From positions 1 to 24,769 of the IMG/VR virus record IMGVR_UViG_3300017760_003812: a DNA stretch of 24,769 bases. One strand, written 5' to 3'. Position numbers and translations under genes: made by a program. Each line of letters opens with the position of its first letter. The first letter of the stretch is position 1. Shown piece by piece: positions 24,658-24,769 of this stretch. The stretch comes from a virus. Its lineage: Duplodnaviria > Caudoviricetes. The notes beneath the pieces were generated by a model, which was not told the origin of the DNA, did no database searches, and saw only the letters and a program-made list of their open reading frames with translations.

Positions 24658-24769
24658 ATGTTAGAGCAATTAGAATTATTCCAAGTATTAAATGATGAAC
24701 AACAAAATGAAGTTAATAGATTTGTAGAAAGACAACAACACTATGTAACAGATAGAATAGAAAGCATGA
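24658..24769 (+). CDS. Hypothetical protein, 5' part (runs off window)
   Basis: MLEQLELFQVLNDEQQNEVNRFVERQQHYVTDRIESM... after the leader AATTAAAAAAATAAAGGTT. Confidence 0.65.
   Translation, partial: MLEQLELFQVLNDEQQNEVNRFVERQQHYVTDRIESM

Noticed and set aside
1-24769. Alternative genetic code, tRNA/rRNA genes, introns or inteins
   Set aside because: Standard-code ORFs tile the window almost completely, conserved proteins have no large insertions, and intergenic gaps are short with no cloverleaf-like sequence seen.

Overview
Strongly AT-rich, gene-dense window with every credible gene on the + strand. It most likely comes from a large T4-like dsDNA phage of a Bacteroidota (flavobacterial-type) host. 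Support: T4-like clamp and clamp-loader genes, phage-type small ORFs, A-rich leaders without Shine-Dalgarno sequences, repeated TTGG-N17-CGTATATT promoters resembling the Bacteroidota TTTG/TAnnTTTG consensus, and an Omp28/T9SS-type gene. Order: (1) end of a probable sliding clamp; (2) Hsp20-orf-GroES-GroEL chaperone module; (3) gp44-like and gp62-like clamp-loader subunits, a DUF1599-type protein, a Cas4/AddB-like PD-(D/E)XK nuclease and a ribbon-helix-helix protein; (4) a ~13 kb glycan cluster (2x GT4, 3x GT2, GT-B-like, a GT-A/GT10/FkbM triple fusion, sulfotransferase, cupin, methyltransferase, minimised DegT-type aminotransferase, Gmd, SDR epimerase); (5) Omp28-like secreted protein, small lipoprotein, Zn finger, HTH plus degenerate HNH, membrane-anchored lysozyme-like protein; (6) the start of an array of palindromic promoter cassettes with tiny ORFs. 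The clearest non-coding signals are a 22-bp long-range duplex enclosing the whole hsp20 gene and the hairpin-embedded promoter repeats. All family calls come from motif recognition by eye; no database searches were run.
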